Of a stretch of 64,000 nucleotides of DNA, positions 30,900 to 44,461 are shown piece after piece. Both the position numbers and the translations under genes were made by a program. The DNA is taken from contig VJWM01000063.1 in the NCBI GenBank assembly GCA_010909165.1, positions 62,001 through 126,000 of the forward strand, read 5' to 3'. Under the pieces are notes generated by a model. The model did no database searches and was not told where the DNA came from. It saw only the letters and a list, made by a program, of their open reading frames with translations. Source of the DNA: Anthoceros angustus. Taxonomy: Eukaryota; Plantae; Anthocerotophyta. How positions within the stretch are numbered: position 1 is the first letter of the stretch; every line of letters starts with the position of its first letter.

Positions 30900-33060
30900 T
30901 CAAGTACCCATGGTTCTTGAAATTGTGGAGAAGCAACTTCCCAGTAAAATCCCAAGTCCAAGTTTTCAACATGCTCGCTTTGTGCAGTCGAAGAGCACTA
31001 TCAGAACACAATGCACAAGGAAGATCAAGGTAATTTGCACCAATGTGTCCTCCATGAGGTTGTTCACCGCTATGGATTTGCTTCACTACCCCGATGGAGC
31101 GGATGTGCTCTTCCAATACCATTCTCATATGAGATGCATGTACGTGCATGTTCTACTGTTTGTGTTTGGTTTCCAAAAGCAGATGGCCTTCAACAGTGCC
31201 GGCTGCGGCCCGTATTTAGTGGTTTCCACGACCACGAAGCCGCTTGCTCACTCCCTCCCCAGGCAAAGATTTGAGGCGGCCGGCGGCGCCTTCATCCAAA
31301 TGACCCGGGGGCGTGGCGGGGCGGTCGGCGCCCCTCCGCGGGCCGTCGAGGAAGAGATTGTGGGCGCGGTCGGCCTGACCCCCCCCACTTTTATCGCCAT
31401 GTATCCCCATTTGGATGGCGTCGTGCAAATAAGCATTCTGCATGTGAAGAAGTTTCCTTGTTAAGGTCGGCGATGTACTCATTTGGAGGGCCTAACGGAT
31501 GCCGTTTTGAGGATTTTGATATATTTCGACTAGGACATTTGTTTGTGGCACGAGAAATTTCAGTCGCTTTGGAAGCACACGCGTGCGCCTCCACCGAGCG
31601 GAGAAAATGTCCAAACACAGAGCAAGAGCTATGTGGAGCCACATAAGTATATGCTACTATCCATAGATGGAATGGACCAAAAAGAGATTCCTCATCTTCT
31701 CCGGTGGAAAAACCTCGTGAGGAGTGTAAATATTCACCACGTGGTTGGGTGTATGATTCACAACTACTAAGCGAGCCTATTTGCATTATGCGAATTTACT
31801 GAACGACTAAACTGACGATCACCATCATTCGGGACGTTATACATAATTACGAGGGGTCGCCAAGAGTTTTGTATCTCGGACAACACATGGGGAGAACAAG
31901 AACCAGTACTTTTGCATATCCGAACATGCTTGTTGATATGGGTACTTTTGAAAAAGTGAAAGTGGGATTCCTTTTGGTCGGGCATACGCATGATCAAATC
32001 GACCAGATGTTTTCTTGCTTCTCCAAAAGCTTGAGACATAAAGAGGCTCACACCCTGCCCGCATTGTCAGAGATCTTGATGCATGCGTACACTCCGTCAC
32101 CAGAGGTAAAGATATTGACTGAAGTGGCAGACTTTCGGTCATATGTGTGGCCTATTAGACAAGGCCAGAGAGGCCTCACTTATGGAGCGGCTGTAAAGAG
32201 ATTGAACAACTTATCGTTCCAGCACCAGTTTAAAATAACCCGTGAAGAGAAAGCGGACCGCGGGTTCGTGAGCTCGAGCAAGCGATTCCACCTCGCCACA
32301 ATGGGAAACGGAAGGGGGTTTGGAGTTTCTGAAATTTGTCCCTTCCGACACTATAACAGCTGCGCCCCTCACTGCACTGCGGTCAAGGGATAAAAAAGGA
32401 ACACAGGTGACATTATCACCAACTGCAGCCGTTGCCCATCTTAAGGATGGTCTTTCGGAACTTAGGCCTTATGTGACATCACAGGAGTTTTTATGGTGGG
32501 AAGCTTTCTGGTTGGACCAAGAGGAGATTGTTGTTATTGTGCAAAACAACATTGGCCTTGTGCTACAGAATCCTTGGAAATGGTACTCAAGATCGGAAGT
32601 GGATGCAAAACCTCTCCATGTTCCGGATGTGGCGGTCTTTGGAGGAGGCATTGCTAAGGGACCTCCACAACGAGATATGTATTTGGGAGCATACCAAACA
32701 CGGGAGGCAACAACGAAATGGAGCAGTGGAATGGTGATATCGCGGAAATAAAGGCGGGATGTTTGTTGCAGTTCCCGGACACGAACGCATAATGACCCTT
32801 TTGGATTGGCAAGGTAAGCTATTGTTCAATTTCATCGCCTCACTTCCTTGTTCATTGGTGCAGGCGGGACACGGCGTCTGAAGGAAGGTACGTAGAAGAA
32901 TACTTAATCGGAGGGATGCCACGAGCTGCGAGCAATGCAGGAAAAGGGGCGAAATCCATCCATCAAAAATATCCAAAAGGTTTTTGTTCACGAAACTGTC
33001 ATCCTCTATTATGGGTTCACATTGACTACGCGGAGACACTTGCGGCTGTAGATAAGAAGG
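30900..33060 (+). pseudogene. Frameshifted DDE/D-type transposase (superfamily not assignable by eye)
   Basis: Ordered motifs SKFSTCSLC (30960), LLSIDGMDQKEIPHL (31650), PRVLYL-DNTWGE-NKNQY (31860), KVGFLLVGHTHDQIDQMFS (31960), PFWIGKV (32800). Confidence 0.65.
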
Positions 33061-35335
33061 CAATCAAAGAGAAGTTCATTGCGTTGAGGCTTCATTCAAC
33101 CAGAGTGAAAGTCCCACCGAGGATAGTGAAGATGATGGTCATGATGCCGGACCCAGTGAAGATGATGGAGTGGCGTGGAGAGAGTAGAAAGCCCTCGAAT
33201 GTTGTGTCATCTTGCATGGGATCTTGGGAGGCTGTCGTGTGTTGCTCCACATATGTCTCAAAAGAGTGTAGGCCCATGATAGAATATTGGTTGTGCCGTT
33301 TCTGTATACCTCTGTAGACTTCACATGCTATAGAATTTTCGATGTGCAAGCCATTTCCTGTACAAGCGGAGGACATGGAGGAAGTATGGTAGTAGTTAAT
33401 GGCTTGGCATTCATATTGGCAACACATGTAGCCACGGCATGTTTGTGTGTGCGATGTGGAACCGATCGTACGTTTTCCGTATGCCGATTGTAGTCTTTGG
33501 GTTTTAACAATGTGATTATATTCTTGGGCTCAATTTATGGTGGTGCTGAAGCCACCCACTCACCCCACATATAGTCTTTGTGTACACACAACGAGAGCAA
33601 AGGCCTGCTACTACCCGCCTTTCCCAATAGGTCGAGCACGCGAATAGGGCGCCCGGCCGGCGCCTACTCCTCAAACATCCTTGGTCCACAGCCGCCAGTG
33701 GTTCGCGGCTCATCCACTCGATCACCGTCCTTTTTATGAATGTTAAGGGTTTTTGTGCGAGGAAGACCAGCAGTGGCAGGCAGCAATGGTCCTTCACATG
33801 GGTCTTAAATGCACCCAAAATAGGGTCACCTCTTGCACCATAACCCTTCGCTGGCAAGAAATGAACCTCATGTCAATGGTTCACAAGAATGTTCACCCTT
33901 CTTTTCTGCCCTATATTCATTCATACCTCTATAACCACGAGTTGCGGACCCATGTCAAACCCCCTTCAGGGGATATTTCCCGTGAAACCCCCTTCGTGAA
34001 TATTCACCCCCTTCACAAGATATCGTGTTAGTCATTCTTGTTCAGCAGGCTGCTCACAAATGTGCCCCCTTTGCAAGAAGCCTTGTGAGAAGAAATGTGT
34101 GCACAACGCATGTGCACTAAAGTGCGGAGAAAAATTGCATCGCTGCATGGATTAGTGCACCTGGAATTACAAACATCACTCATCAGAATTTGTTCTAGAT
34201 CGCCGCAGCCTCAAGATCAAACAACAATGCAATGCATCATTGCGGCGGCATAGTGTATCATGAGACATGCCTACATTAATAAAAATATCTATAAATCTAA
34301 CACTTAGGAATTCTATCTTATAGAAACACCTGTTTAAAGTATACTATTGTCAAAGAAGTGACATTATATCCTTCAACGGGCGCTCTCAACGGCGATCCTC
34401 CACAAGGCGGCGACAGTAGGTGACGCATCTTCCTCTACCTCCGTGGTTTGCAGGCCGTTTATTCTTCCTGCATATGACATTGTCGGTGCAGTAGGTGACT
34501 TTAGGTAGGGATCTTAGTTGCTCCTCTCCACCTCTACCCCTGGTCCCCTTTGGTTGACCCCTTCTGGATGGGCTTTTCCCATCGGTTTTTCACCTCAATA
34601 AAAACTTTCATTATGTCATTGACAATGATGCCTGTATTGTTATGTCTTCCAAGATATTCTTGCATATTTTTACACTTCTCCATCTTAGGTCTCGATGAGC
34701 TTAGCTCAATTATGAGCTCATAATCGATATATGAGATTTGATAAAATAAATTCATGCAATTATGAGCTCATTGGTTTTCTCAAATGATGAATTACGATAA
34801 TGATAAGTGTATAATACTTTTATTTATATGTATAAAAAAATATCCGTGAAAAATTAAGTTTATTATTTTATTTTACAATATTTTGTTTACCAATGGGTCA
34901 TCATGTATCCATATAACATATATGCAATTCAAAAGAAAACTATTTATGTATATTGTTTCTATGGTAGTTAAGTACATAAGTAAGATGAATGTGGATATGC
35001 AGATATTTTGAAATGTACCGGAAGATTTTTGGAAGACGAAGAGTTTGGTATGATTTAAAGAGAAGATAAGAAATCTTGCCTGCGTCTCAATCTCCGAAGC
35101 AATCAATGCTTCGCGCGTGTGAAGGCTGGCGTGGCATGCCATGCCTCGCCCATCACGATTCTCTCTCATCGTGGTATACTTCTCTCGCAACACCATATGC
35201 AGGATGTCCATACGAGGATGTCGCTGGCTCAAAGATGGCACAACCTCGCACCCACCACAACGAGGTTGTGATGTAAACCAACCATGCTTGATTTTTGGGC
35301 GTAGCGAGTGAACTCGAGCGGTGTCTCAAACTAAA

Positions 35336-35441
35336 GGCAGGCGGAGGCGGGGGAGGCGGAGGGCGAGGCGGGGGAGGGAGGGCGGGCCACGCGGGGGCGG
35401 GCGGGCGGGCGGGCGGGCGGGGGCGGGCGGGCGGGTGGGGG
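35336..35441 (+). repeat. G-rich (GGGC)n tract, potential G-quadruplex
   Basis: ggggcgggcgggcgggcgggcgggcggggcgggcgggcgggtggggg directly inside the left inverted repeat. Confidence 0.85.
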
Positions 35442-36138
35442 TCGGTCTAGGAGTCACGCTTTGCAGCAACTACCTCCGGATGTCAGCGCTCATCGATGGC
35501 TCTTCCGCTCATCGATGGTTCTTCGTGCCGCTGTGTGAGCAAAGCAAGAGCTTATGATTGAACTTCGACATTACGAAAGTGGCTTCATGAGCGATGCACG
35601 TAAGATGCTGGGCTTTGAGGAAGCCACCAAGAGTTGAAGTTAACCTTGTTCAATCACCGATCTCGGTTTAGGAAAAGCGAGGAGCCTGGAACAAGCGAGC
35701 GAGATTCATTCCTTTGCACCTGGTCACCTCATCGATCCTTCAAACTTGCAAGAGCGGTGAGGATGCCGAAGCTCATTTGAGAAGATGGGACATGCCTCGC
35801 ATCCCGTCTTGTCACGTGCTCATAATTCCATTTGTCTATGTCGTTGGAAGGTTGGTCGCTGAGATAGAGCACCGAATATGTTTGAAATATTTTAAAGCTG
35901 CACTCTAGAGTTCTATGGGAGTTGTCACCGCGGTATCTAGTGTATGCTTTATCGTTGAGGAGGACAACTAGCAAAGGCGGGGACATCGTGGATGGGACGT
36001 ATTTTGAATCGAAGAGTTCAGTAGGAAATTGCCATACAAGAGCCTTCTAGCTTCTCTGGTAGCCTTCATTATTGTACTAATTTGTAAACATCCTAGTAAA
36101 GAAGTCCGAGGCTATACAAAAGCAGTCTAAACAAATTC

Positions 36139-36277
36139 CTCGATTGCAAAATTTCTTAGCCTCGATTGCAAAATTCCTCCTCGATTGCAAAATTAGCCCG
36201 ATTGCAAAATTTCGACCCTTGCAAAATTTTCCCTCGATTGCAAAATTTCTTAGCCTCGATTGCAAAATTCTTAGCCT
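36139..36277. repeat. Degenerate ~20-22-bp tandem repeat (core cgattgcaaaatt, about 7 copies)
   Basis: cctcgattgcaaaatttcttag and variants in tandem. Confidence 0.9.
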
Positions 36278-38692
36278 AAAGGTGTCACAAAGTAATCACT
36301 TTTTCTTCTTGGTCTTGAGCGTTCTTCAATGCCCTTGAAACGCACTAAGTTGGTCCTCATTGGAACAAACTCCTCTAATCTGGTTCGCTTGAGGCCTCGT
36401 CCACTGGTGCAACTTCCCTAATACGATGTTGTGCTTGTTCCATTATTATTGACCTCAACAAAATAGCAGCTTGGCTTCCACAATGCTTGGAATACCCATA
36501 CAGATTGCATCCAAGTCTCGACGTCGTTTCAGCTTCAACTCCTCCAAGCTACCTGGGTTGATGGGAAGATGTGCGACAACAGCATTGCCGTATTGTGCCG
36601 TTGTATCCTGAACATGATTATCATGTGATATCTCATTCTCCAGAACAAGATTTAGGTCGTAATGTTCTTCCTTCTTCTTGTGCCCGAACATAAGATCCAT
36701 TGGTACACCAAAGGCGCAATAAGCGGGAAGTATGTTCAAATATACCACATACATTGCACCTTCACAACATGTTTGCAAATGAATCCTTTCGCCCCATCCC
36801 ACAAGTACAAAATGCCCATGGAGAATGTGCAGCCTCAATGACGTAAACCTTGTCACTATCCTCGAGAGGACATGCAATATACAAGAGACCCACTGACGGA
36901 ATATGACAGCTAAATGCAGGATGGTGCTCATCGGACAAAACATGCTCATATACCTTCTCGAGTTTTAAATTGACGTAACCCCGGTCTTGGTGAAATCAAG
37001 GTACCCGATGCCGTGCTACCTCGTTCAAGTTGATGAAGAAGCCAATCCATACGCCTTCCACAGCGCAGCCTTGGTAAAAGATACTCTTTCCTTCAAGAAT
37101 CGATGAAAGGCCTCCGGTGCGTGGTATCTTGTCCATGGGAAACATCCTGCAGTTCTTCAACCACATGTCCGGCATAAATGCGAAACATTATTACACACGA
37201 CACCATGTAAACATCCATTCAAGCAACCCTTACGCACAGAAACTAGTGCACTTTGGGCAAAGAATAATACCTATAGAGTCACCCCATCGCTTCTTGAAAT
37301 ACTCAACAAAAGGTGGTTGACTTCCATGCCACTCCTTGTAGAAGAACTCTAACAATACCTTACCCCATGCGTGCCATCTTGTGTATTATGGCCTCGACAT
37401 ACATGATCTCCATAAGAGCTGCCCAAATCTTCTTCCTTGCAATAATGCACTTTACCTTCTTTAAAAGGTTTCATGCCTTCCTTACATGCCATAGACACAA
37501 CACAACATGTATGTTGGCCCCATACCGCTTAAGGCACCTATCTCGCTAAACAATCATCAACTAGGAAGCAACTAGGGACCCATGTTGCACATGTTGTAAG
37601 AGCGACATGTCAGTGGCGTCAACCATGATACCAAAGAAAGTATAGTAGCCTCCACGTGTTAGTGCCCAAGCAACGAATACCATTAAGGTGTTGATCAAAA
37701 CCATCACCGTAAATAAGTGGTACCTATACTTGTTCATACCAAATGTGGCGTCCATGGCTAAAACACTATTGTTACCATGCTTGATGAACATCCGCATGAA
37801 AGGAGTTTGCAACCCTAAAACAAAAGGTTCACCAGTTCGATCTATGGAAGATAAGGTCAAGATTCACTTTGAGCCACATCTCGGTGGACTTTACATCATC
37901 GTGGTCTAGTTTCCACTCACCCGCTTCCACTTGTCGTTTCATGTTCAACACATCCTTGCTGCATGTAGTCATCTCGACGTCACCACCACGCTCATGTCCT
38001 ATGTAGTGACTCATCTTCTCGACACAACGCAACATGCCGACGCATAATCTCCGACAAAACCTTGCAATAAAGACAATGTTTAACCCAATCCTTTTTCTCT
38101 TCGAGATCCAAGGAGCTCTAGACAATTTAGGGTGTCCCACATACTTGGACCATGACAGATATCACCCTCGATCGTGCTCTTCATGAAGAAGGATTTGAGC
38201 AACTTCAGGAATAAGCGCAAGCTTCACAACAAAATTGGCCATACATCCGGTCTTCATGCGCACATTCTTGGGTGTGGTAGCGGCTGAAATCCTCCGGTCC
38301 ATATGAACACCAATACCTACATAGAAACACACTGAAAATACCAAGATTTGGCTTCAACTTAAGGCAAAGAAAGCACATGGACAGAGGCCACCAAGCCAGA
38401 AACCCAAATGGTCGTGGAAATTAGTGTAGAGAACTTGGAAGTTGCGAAAGTACCTATATGTGATTGCATTATCAGATGCACAATTGGTGGTGGTAGTGAA
38501 TTTTGAGTCTTTGAATCCTTCCGATAGAAACTTGCAGCACATTTGAAGCCTTCACCGAAATGAAATCTTCTACTCTATTCCATGGAATGTAGGCAATCTT
38601 CAAATCCTTCAAAACACCGCCAAGTTAGATTATCGGTGCAATGAAATTGCAAATTGCACCTTCAGACTCCATGGACGCACGCTTGGCAGAAT

Positions 38693-38790
38693 GCTTGGTT
38701 TAGGTTAATGTGTTTGTCTTTGGGTGCTTGGTTTAGGTTAATCTGTTTGTCTTTGGGTGCTTGGTTTAGGTTAATCTGTTTGTCTTTGGG
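38693..38790. repeat. 33-bp tandem repeat, 3 copies, abutting the right MULE inverted repeat
   Basis: gcttggtttaggttaat(g/c)tgtttgtctttggg(t) x3. Confidence 0.95.
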
Positions 38791-39959
38791 ATGGTTTGTT
38801 TAAGACACCCGCGCTCAGTTCATACTCTCGCGCACGGTTCTAAAATCAAGCATGGTTGGTTTACATCACAACCTCGTTGTGGTGGGTGCGTATACTGGGT
38901 TGTGCCGTGCTGGGCAAAATACGGCAGTGACATCCTGTATGGACACATGGTGTTGCGAGAGAAGTATACCACGATGAGAGAATCGATGATGATGGCATGG
39001 CATGCCACGCCACGCCTTCCCTGAAGCATTGATTGCTTCGGAGATTGAGATGCAGGCAGAAGTCTTGAAAGACTTCTTCTCTATGTTAGGAACTACACCT
39101 CGCTTTCCTACAAATTTCTCTTTCCAGATGTTTGTCCCCTATTAAGCAGTGTCACACACATGTGAAAGAAATTATGGTCACTTTCTATGTATACAAAACT
39201 TTTACGAGCTCAAGATTGGGAAAGCATGGTACGTTGGGAATGAATTGAAGATCGAGAAGGAGTAATATGTTCGGGATGAAGTGAAGATTAGCAAGGTATG
39301 GTACGTTTAGGACATGTTGAAGATAGGAGGAAGAAGTCCCATTACGAGCTCATTATTTTGGAGCTTTGAGCGGAGGTGCTACACACATATGAATGAGTAA
39401 ATAGGACTTTGGCTACTAGATCATTCACACCTTGTATGCAAGTATAGGGAGAGATTGAAGAAAGATTTTAGTATAGATAAATATATTCTTATTTTTTGCA
39501 ACAATACTATAGCCACACCATTTGATGTGATCATTTGGGGGGCAACTGGGCATACTGGAAAATATGGAAGAGGTGGCAAGAAACAAGAAAAGGAAGGCAA
39601 AGGTGGCTGAAGACATCCATATGGGTTAGTCTAGGATATGTCCTTTTATATGAAAAGGTGTATTAAAAATATTTATTAGTTATTTATTATTTAATAAATA
39701 TAAATATATATGTAAAAATATTTATTTGATCCTTTGCACTATGGTTTAGGATCTGCATGGGCACTTAGCGAGGATGCTGGGGAATACTATGAAGACCATT
39801 TACAGATTGAGGAGGAAATGGAATATGTAGTTAAGAAATGGGCTTAAGGAAATAAGGTTAACTTAACCTGCCCATTAAGCTGCCGGTTTTCTAGGTTAAA
39901 TTAAATTGGACTTAGTATCCAAAATACCTAGACTTTTCATATGTTTACTAAATAATTGC

Positions 39960-41480
39960 CTACCAAGGGACCTAGTTAATAAATCAGCTATTTGTATTTT
40001 CCTATATTTTCCCGAGTTTGGATATAATTCATATCTATAGTTTTATTTTCCAACATTTCTCTAATGTAGTTGTATTCAACTGCTATACGTTTGGTTATGG
40101 AATGGAAAACAAGATTTCTACCTAGTGCTATGGCTCCCTGTCTGTCACAGAATAGTGGTGTAGGTTTGTCTTGTGAGTGATTAAGCTCACTTAAGGCTAA
40201 ATTATACCATACAATATCCTTGGCAACTGAGGTTAGTATTCTATACTGTGACTCGGTGCTTGGCAGGGCAATGGTAGGTTGTTTCTTACTTGACCATGAA
40301 ATAGGGGCTTTGCATAGCAGAAGTATGTAGCCAGATACAAATCTCCGGGTGTCGGGATCGCCAGCATAATCGGCATCATCGTATGCCATCAATGTTAATT
40401 TATTTATGTTGGGCGAGTGTTGATAAACTAATCCTGTATTCATTGTACCCTTGAGGTACCTAAATATGCATTTAATAGATATCCAATATTCACGTCCAAG
40501 ATTCTGTAGGAATTGTGAACAAGCGTTGACTTCAAAGGATATGTCAGGTCGAGTAAAGTTTGCTAAAAATATATTAGTGTGCCAACAACATGTCGATATG
40601 GAATTGCTAACATTTCCAACTTTTCCTCATCTGTTTTCGGACTCATTTGTGATGTGGGTCGTATCCCACTAGCAAAGGCAGTGGGGGAAGGTTTAGCATC
40701 TTCCAATCCAAATTTAATTAAGCTTTCCTTAATATAGTCTGAAAAACACTTAAATTTTTATTGCTTTTATCTCTCATAATATTAACGCCAAGTGCGTATG
40801 TCAATTCTCCTAGGTCAGTCATTTCAAAATGACTTCTTAACCAAGCCTTAATCTCGGCTAGGAGAGAAGTTAAAGAGGAAGCCATAAATATGTCGTCGAC
40901 GTAGACTAAGAGGTAAATTATATCATTTCCTGAGATTAAGATATATATGCAAGAATTTGCCTTGCTTTGTTTAAAATCTCGTTTAATAATCTTAACATGT
41001 ATTACTGTGTTAAATTCCTTGCTTGATTACTTAAGGCCATAAATGCATTTGATGAGTTTACATACCCAATCTTCTTTGCCTTTCACCTCATAATCCTCAG
41101 GTTCTTTCATGTATATTTCCTTTTGCAGACGCCCATATAAATATGCAGTCTTAACATCCAGCATGTGGAGTTCAAGGTCATATTGGGCAGATAAGACAAA
41201 TATCATCCGGAGGGTCGTAAATTTGACTACAAGGACATAAGAGGCCAAAGGTACGTAATCTAGGCTAGGAATTTATGTAAAGCCTCTGGCTACTAGACGT
41301 GCCTTATATCTTTCAATGTAATCATCTCCTTTACTCTTAATTTTGAATACCCATTTGCTTGTTACTATCTTCCTACCCTGTGGAGTTTGACCAATTTCTA
41401 TGTAGAGTTCTTAACCAAAGAGTCATATTCAGAATCTATTGCTGCCTTCCATAAGTCCTTTTCAGGAGAGGAAAAGGTTT
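39960..41480 (-). mobile_element. Ty1/copia RT-RNaseH fragment, degenerate
   Basis: WKAAIDSEYDSL, SKWVFKIK, LDVKTAYLYG.LQKEIYMKEPE, LIKCIYGLK, DADYAGDPDTRR.VSGY, SWSSKKQPTIAL..TESQY; stops and frameshifts present. Confidence 0.92.
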
Positions 41481-42399
41481 ATTTTTAAATGGTATAGAGT
41501 ATAGACTAGTTTAATAGTTGATGCGCAACACTAATTAAGTGAGACAGCTCTCACTTTGGAAGGTTATGGTATGTCATATTTGGGAATGGAATCGATATCA
41601 TTTTTATTATGGCCGATTATTGCAACAAGTCCTTGAACAGCAAGCAAGCGAATTGCTCAATTGCAGGAGAAGAAAAACCAGGGAAAGAAGAGGGCTACGG
41701 ACGAAAAAGGGGAAGAAAGTGGAGGAATGGGCCTCACCCTCTAAGAACTAGGTCCCACTTCAACAAAAAGAGGAGAGGTTAGGAATCAAACGGGCTGCAC
41801 ATGCACGTCTTCCAACATCTGCCTAGTGAAACATTAGAGTTGAAATACTAATTTGGACACTGTCTGGAGATGATGACCCGGATTTGCTAGCGAACAAACT
41901 CGTCAACCCTTGCTCTGGCGTGAAGGGAGACATTGATACTGACTTGATGTCTTCACAACGTTGTGGAAGAGGTTTTACCTTGCGCCACACAAACATATAG
42001 GAGGTTCACAAGAATACAAACAGTTTAGCAACAGAAGAGAACATCTGCAGCGACGATCAAGTGACTTGGCTACGTAGGCGATCAAAAGACCTGTAGAACG
42101 CCTACAGCAGCGCTCAAGTGGTTAGCGATGTGGGTGTTTAAATTTCTGGTAAAGATACTCGCAAATGCGCTTATGAATCTGGCGTTCAGGCTGTTGGTGG
42201 TGATTCACACCACCTGGGACTGATGATCCGGCGCCCATATGGTGATTATTGCCTGTGCAAACGATTGCATTCGTAAGGTTGCTTGCAAGCAGCTGCTGTT
42301 GATGTAAAGAAGTTGGAAAAGGTAGTCGATAAAGATGGTTTTGAGCTGTGGTGCTAACTGATTGAAGCCTCCACAGGATACAGGGCAAATTTTGCGAAG

Positions 42400-43500
42400 C
42401 TCAGAGATTATGTGGGCAGGGGAGGTTGGGAGAGGCTGTGGATGCTCTGCTTGTGATGGGTCAGACGGGCTGCCTGCCATCGGTGCAGACTTATTTTGAG
42501 CTGTTGCAGGCGTGCCGAAAACAGAAGGCCTTGCATTAGGCCAAGAGAGTGCATGCTCACATTGTAGAGAATGGACTTGAGAGAACACATTTCTGAGTGA
42601 AATTGCGGTGAATGTGTTTGTCAAGTGTGGGGATCTGCCAGATGCACTCCTGCTATTTGACAAACTCTCCCCGACGGCCTTATCTTGGGCCGCACTCATT
42701 TCAGGATATGCAAACGCTGGACAAGGTCAGAAGGCGCTCGTGACCTACAAAGAGATTTAAAAGCAAGGCGTTGAACCGAACAAGTATACGTTTGGTGTTG
42801 TTCTCCAAGCTTGTGGCATTCCTGTGGACCTGACAGTGGGGAAGCAGGTTCGTGCTGAGCTCGTCAGACGCAATTGGGAGTCTGATTCCTTCCTGGGTAA
42901 GTGTCTGGTGGATATGACGTATGCAAAGTGTGGCATCATGGTGTTTTTGAGACGCTCTCAAAGCGTGATGTGGTGGTGTCATGGAATGATATGATTAGGG
43001 GCTATGTGAAGGATGGGAAGGGTGAGATAGCGATTAAACTCTACTTCCAAATGCAAGAGGAAGGCATGTACCCAGACAAATGGACAATCGTGAACGTGCT
43101 AAAAGCATGTATCAGTATATCAGCCAATGAAGAGGAGATGCTGATTGATGGGCAGCCTCTCAAAATGGGCTCTTTACGAAAGGGGAAGGCTTCTCATGCT
43201 GAAGTGGCCGAAAGAAATCTAGAAACTGATGTCTCTGTGACCAACTGTCTGGTTAACATGTATGCCAAATGTGCCAGCCTTCAAGATGCACGACAAGTAT
43301 TTGACGGATTTTCGCATGGGAACGTGGTGTTGTGGAAGACAATGATTGCAGGTTACTCTCACATCAGACTGGTGCATGTGAGCATAAAGTTGCAAAGCCT
43401 TTTCACCCTTTTCTTGCTGAAGACCAGATGAGCGTACATTTGTAAGCGTCTTGAAAGCATCAATCCGACAGCACATGCTTTGCATCCTTATCTTCCAGTA
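42400..43500 (+). pseudogene. Degenerate PLS-class PPR pseudogene
   Basis: GRLGEAVDALL, ELLQACRKQKAL..AKRVHAHIV, VVVSWNDMIRGY, VTNCLVNMYAKCASLQDARQVFD with multiple stops and frameshifts. Confidence 0.85.
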
Positions 43501-44041
43501 GGAATTTTAGACCAGAAAGCTTGGGTGCTCTGTGTGAGGCAACAGCTCAGCGCAAGCGGGAGGGGGCCTCACGTCAGGCAAACAGTGAGAACAGCGGTAT
43601 GGAAGATGAGTACTGGGTACCACAGCAACCCACGGGGTCACATTCTCATGCAACTTCTCTCACCGATGTTGATGACAATACTGGAAGCAGAGACTTCAAA
43701 TGGAACTGGATTGCAAAGTCTGAGACTGAGGAATCCGCCGAGAGAGGGAAGCGAGAAATGCTGACATGGAACTGGCTCAGTATCTGGACAGCGAAGGGAA
43801 GGTATATCCGCACAATTTCCTGACCACCACCTCCATTAGCATTCTGCAGCACAGATGGGCAACGCCAGTATTTTTCCAAGGATCATGTCAAGCGATGGCA
43901 GATACGCTACGCCGCGCGATGCATTCATTCCGGGTGGTTCGGTTGTTCTGTTTAGTAACAGTGCTATCTGGTGGCGAAGGATGATGCTTCCTTAGATAGA
44001 GTCGCGGCTTGGTGGCTACATACCGAATTGGGAAGAGCTTG

Positions 44042-44409
44042 TGTTAGGTGTGAACTCAGTAAGTACTCTTTTTGGATTTTTTTAATTTGGTATTTTGAAA
44101 ATAAATCAAAACAACCGTGGGGGTACTCTTCCAGGATGTGCAGCATTTAGTAGTGTGAAATGATTTGTGGTCCGCACGTAACACTACTTTTCTAGGAGCT
44201 TTAACCATGAACCTTCCTCCCCTATGCCTATATAAAGGCGTTAAAAAGACTATCTATGCTTGTGTCGTATTCTTGAGGACTCGTAGGGCTAGCTCGCGTG
44301 TGGATTTCTTGGCCTAGTTTGCGTACATCTTGCTCGTTTGTGTTCTCACGTGAGAGGTTGTGTTAGAGTTCCGAGAGGTCTAGTGGGAAGGGCACTAGAC
44401 TCTAAAACA
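44042..44409 (+). mobile_element. Solo-LTR-like segment (TGTT...AACA) with TATATAAA, 53 bp upstream of the eRF1 ATG
   Basis: Begins tgttag at 44042, ends ctctaaaaca at 44409, TATATAAA at 44229-44236. No target-site duplication was found. Confidence 0.35.
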
Positions 44410-44461
44410 GTGTAAGTGACTGGAGGACGTGGGCTGCAGAGGCGAGAGGCGAGACCCAGTC

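Larger units (their letters stand above)
24810..34140. mobile_element. Degraded ~9.3-kb DNA transposon bounded by degenerate inverted repeats
   Basis: catcttgtgaaggggttaatat (about 24966-24987) is inverted relative to atattcacccccttcacaagata (about 34000-34022), with further patchy inverted similarity out to about 24810 and 34140. The interval contains DDE transposase motifs. Confidence 0.5.
35077..39058 (-). mobile_element. Mutator-like (MULE) element remnant with ~260-bp inverted repeats and a broken transposase
   Basis: Inverted repeats at 35077-35332 and 38796-39058. Minus-strand motifs FVLGLQTPF...LAMDATFGMNKY.YHLFTVMV (37561-37860), HGQDTT..EAFHRFLK (about 37130) and a SWIM-like C/H region near 36750. 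No TSD found. Confidence 0.8.
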
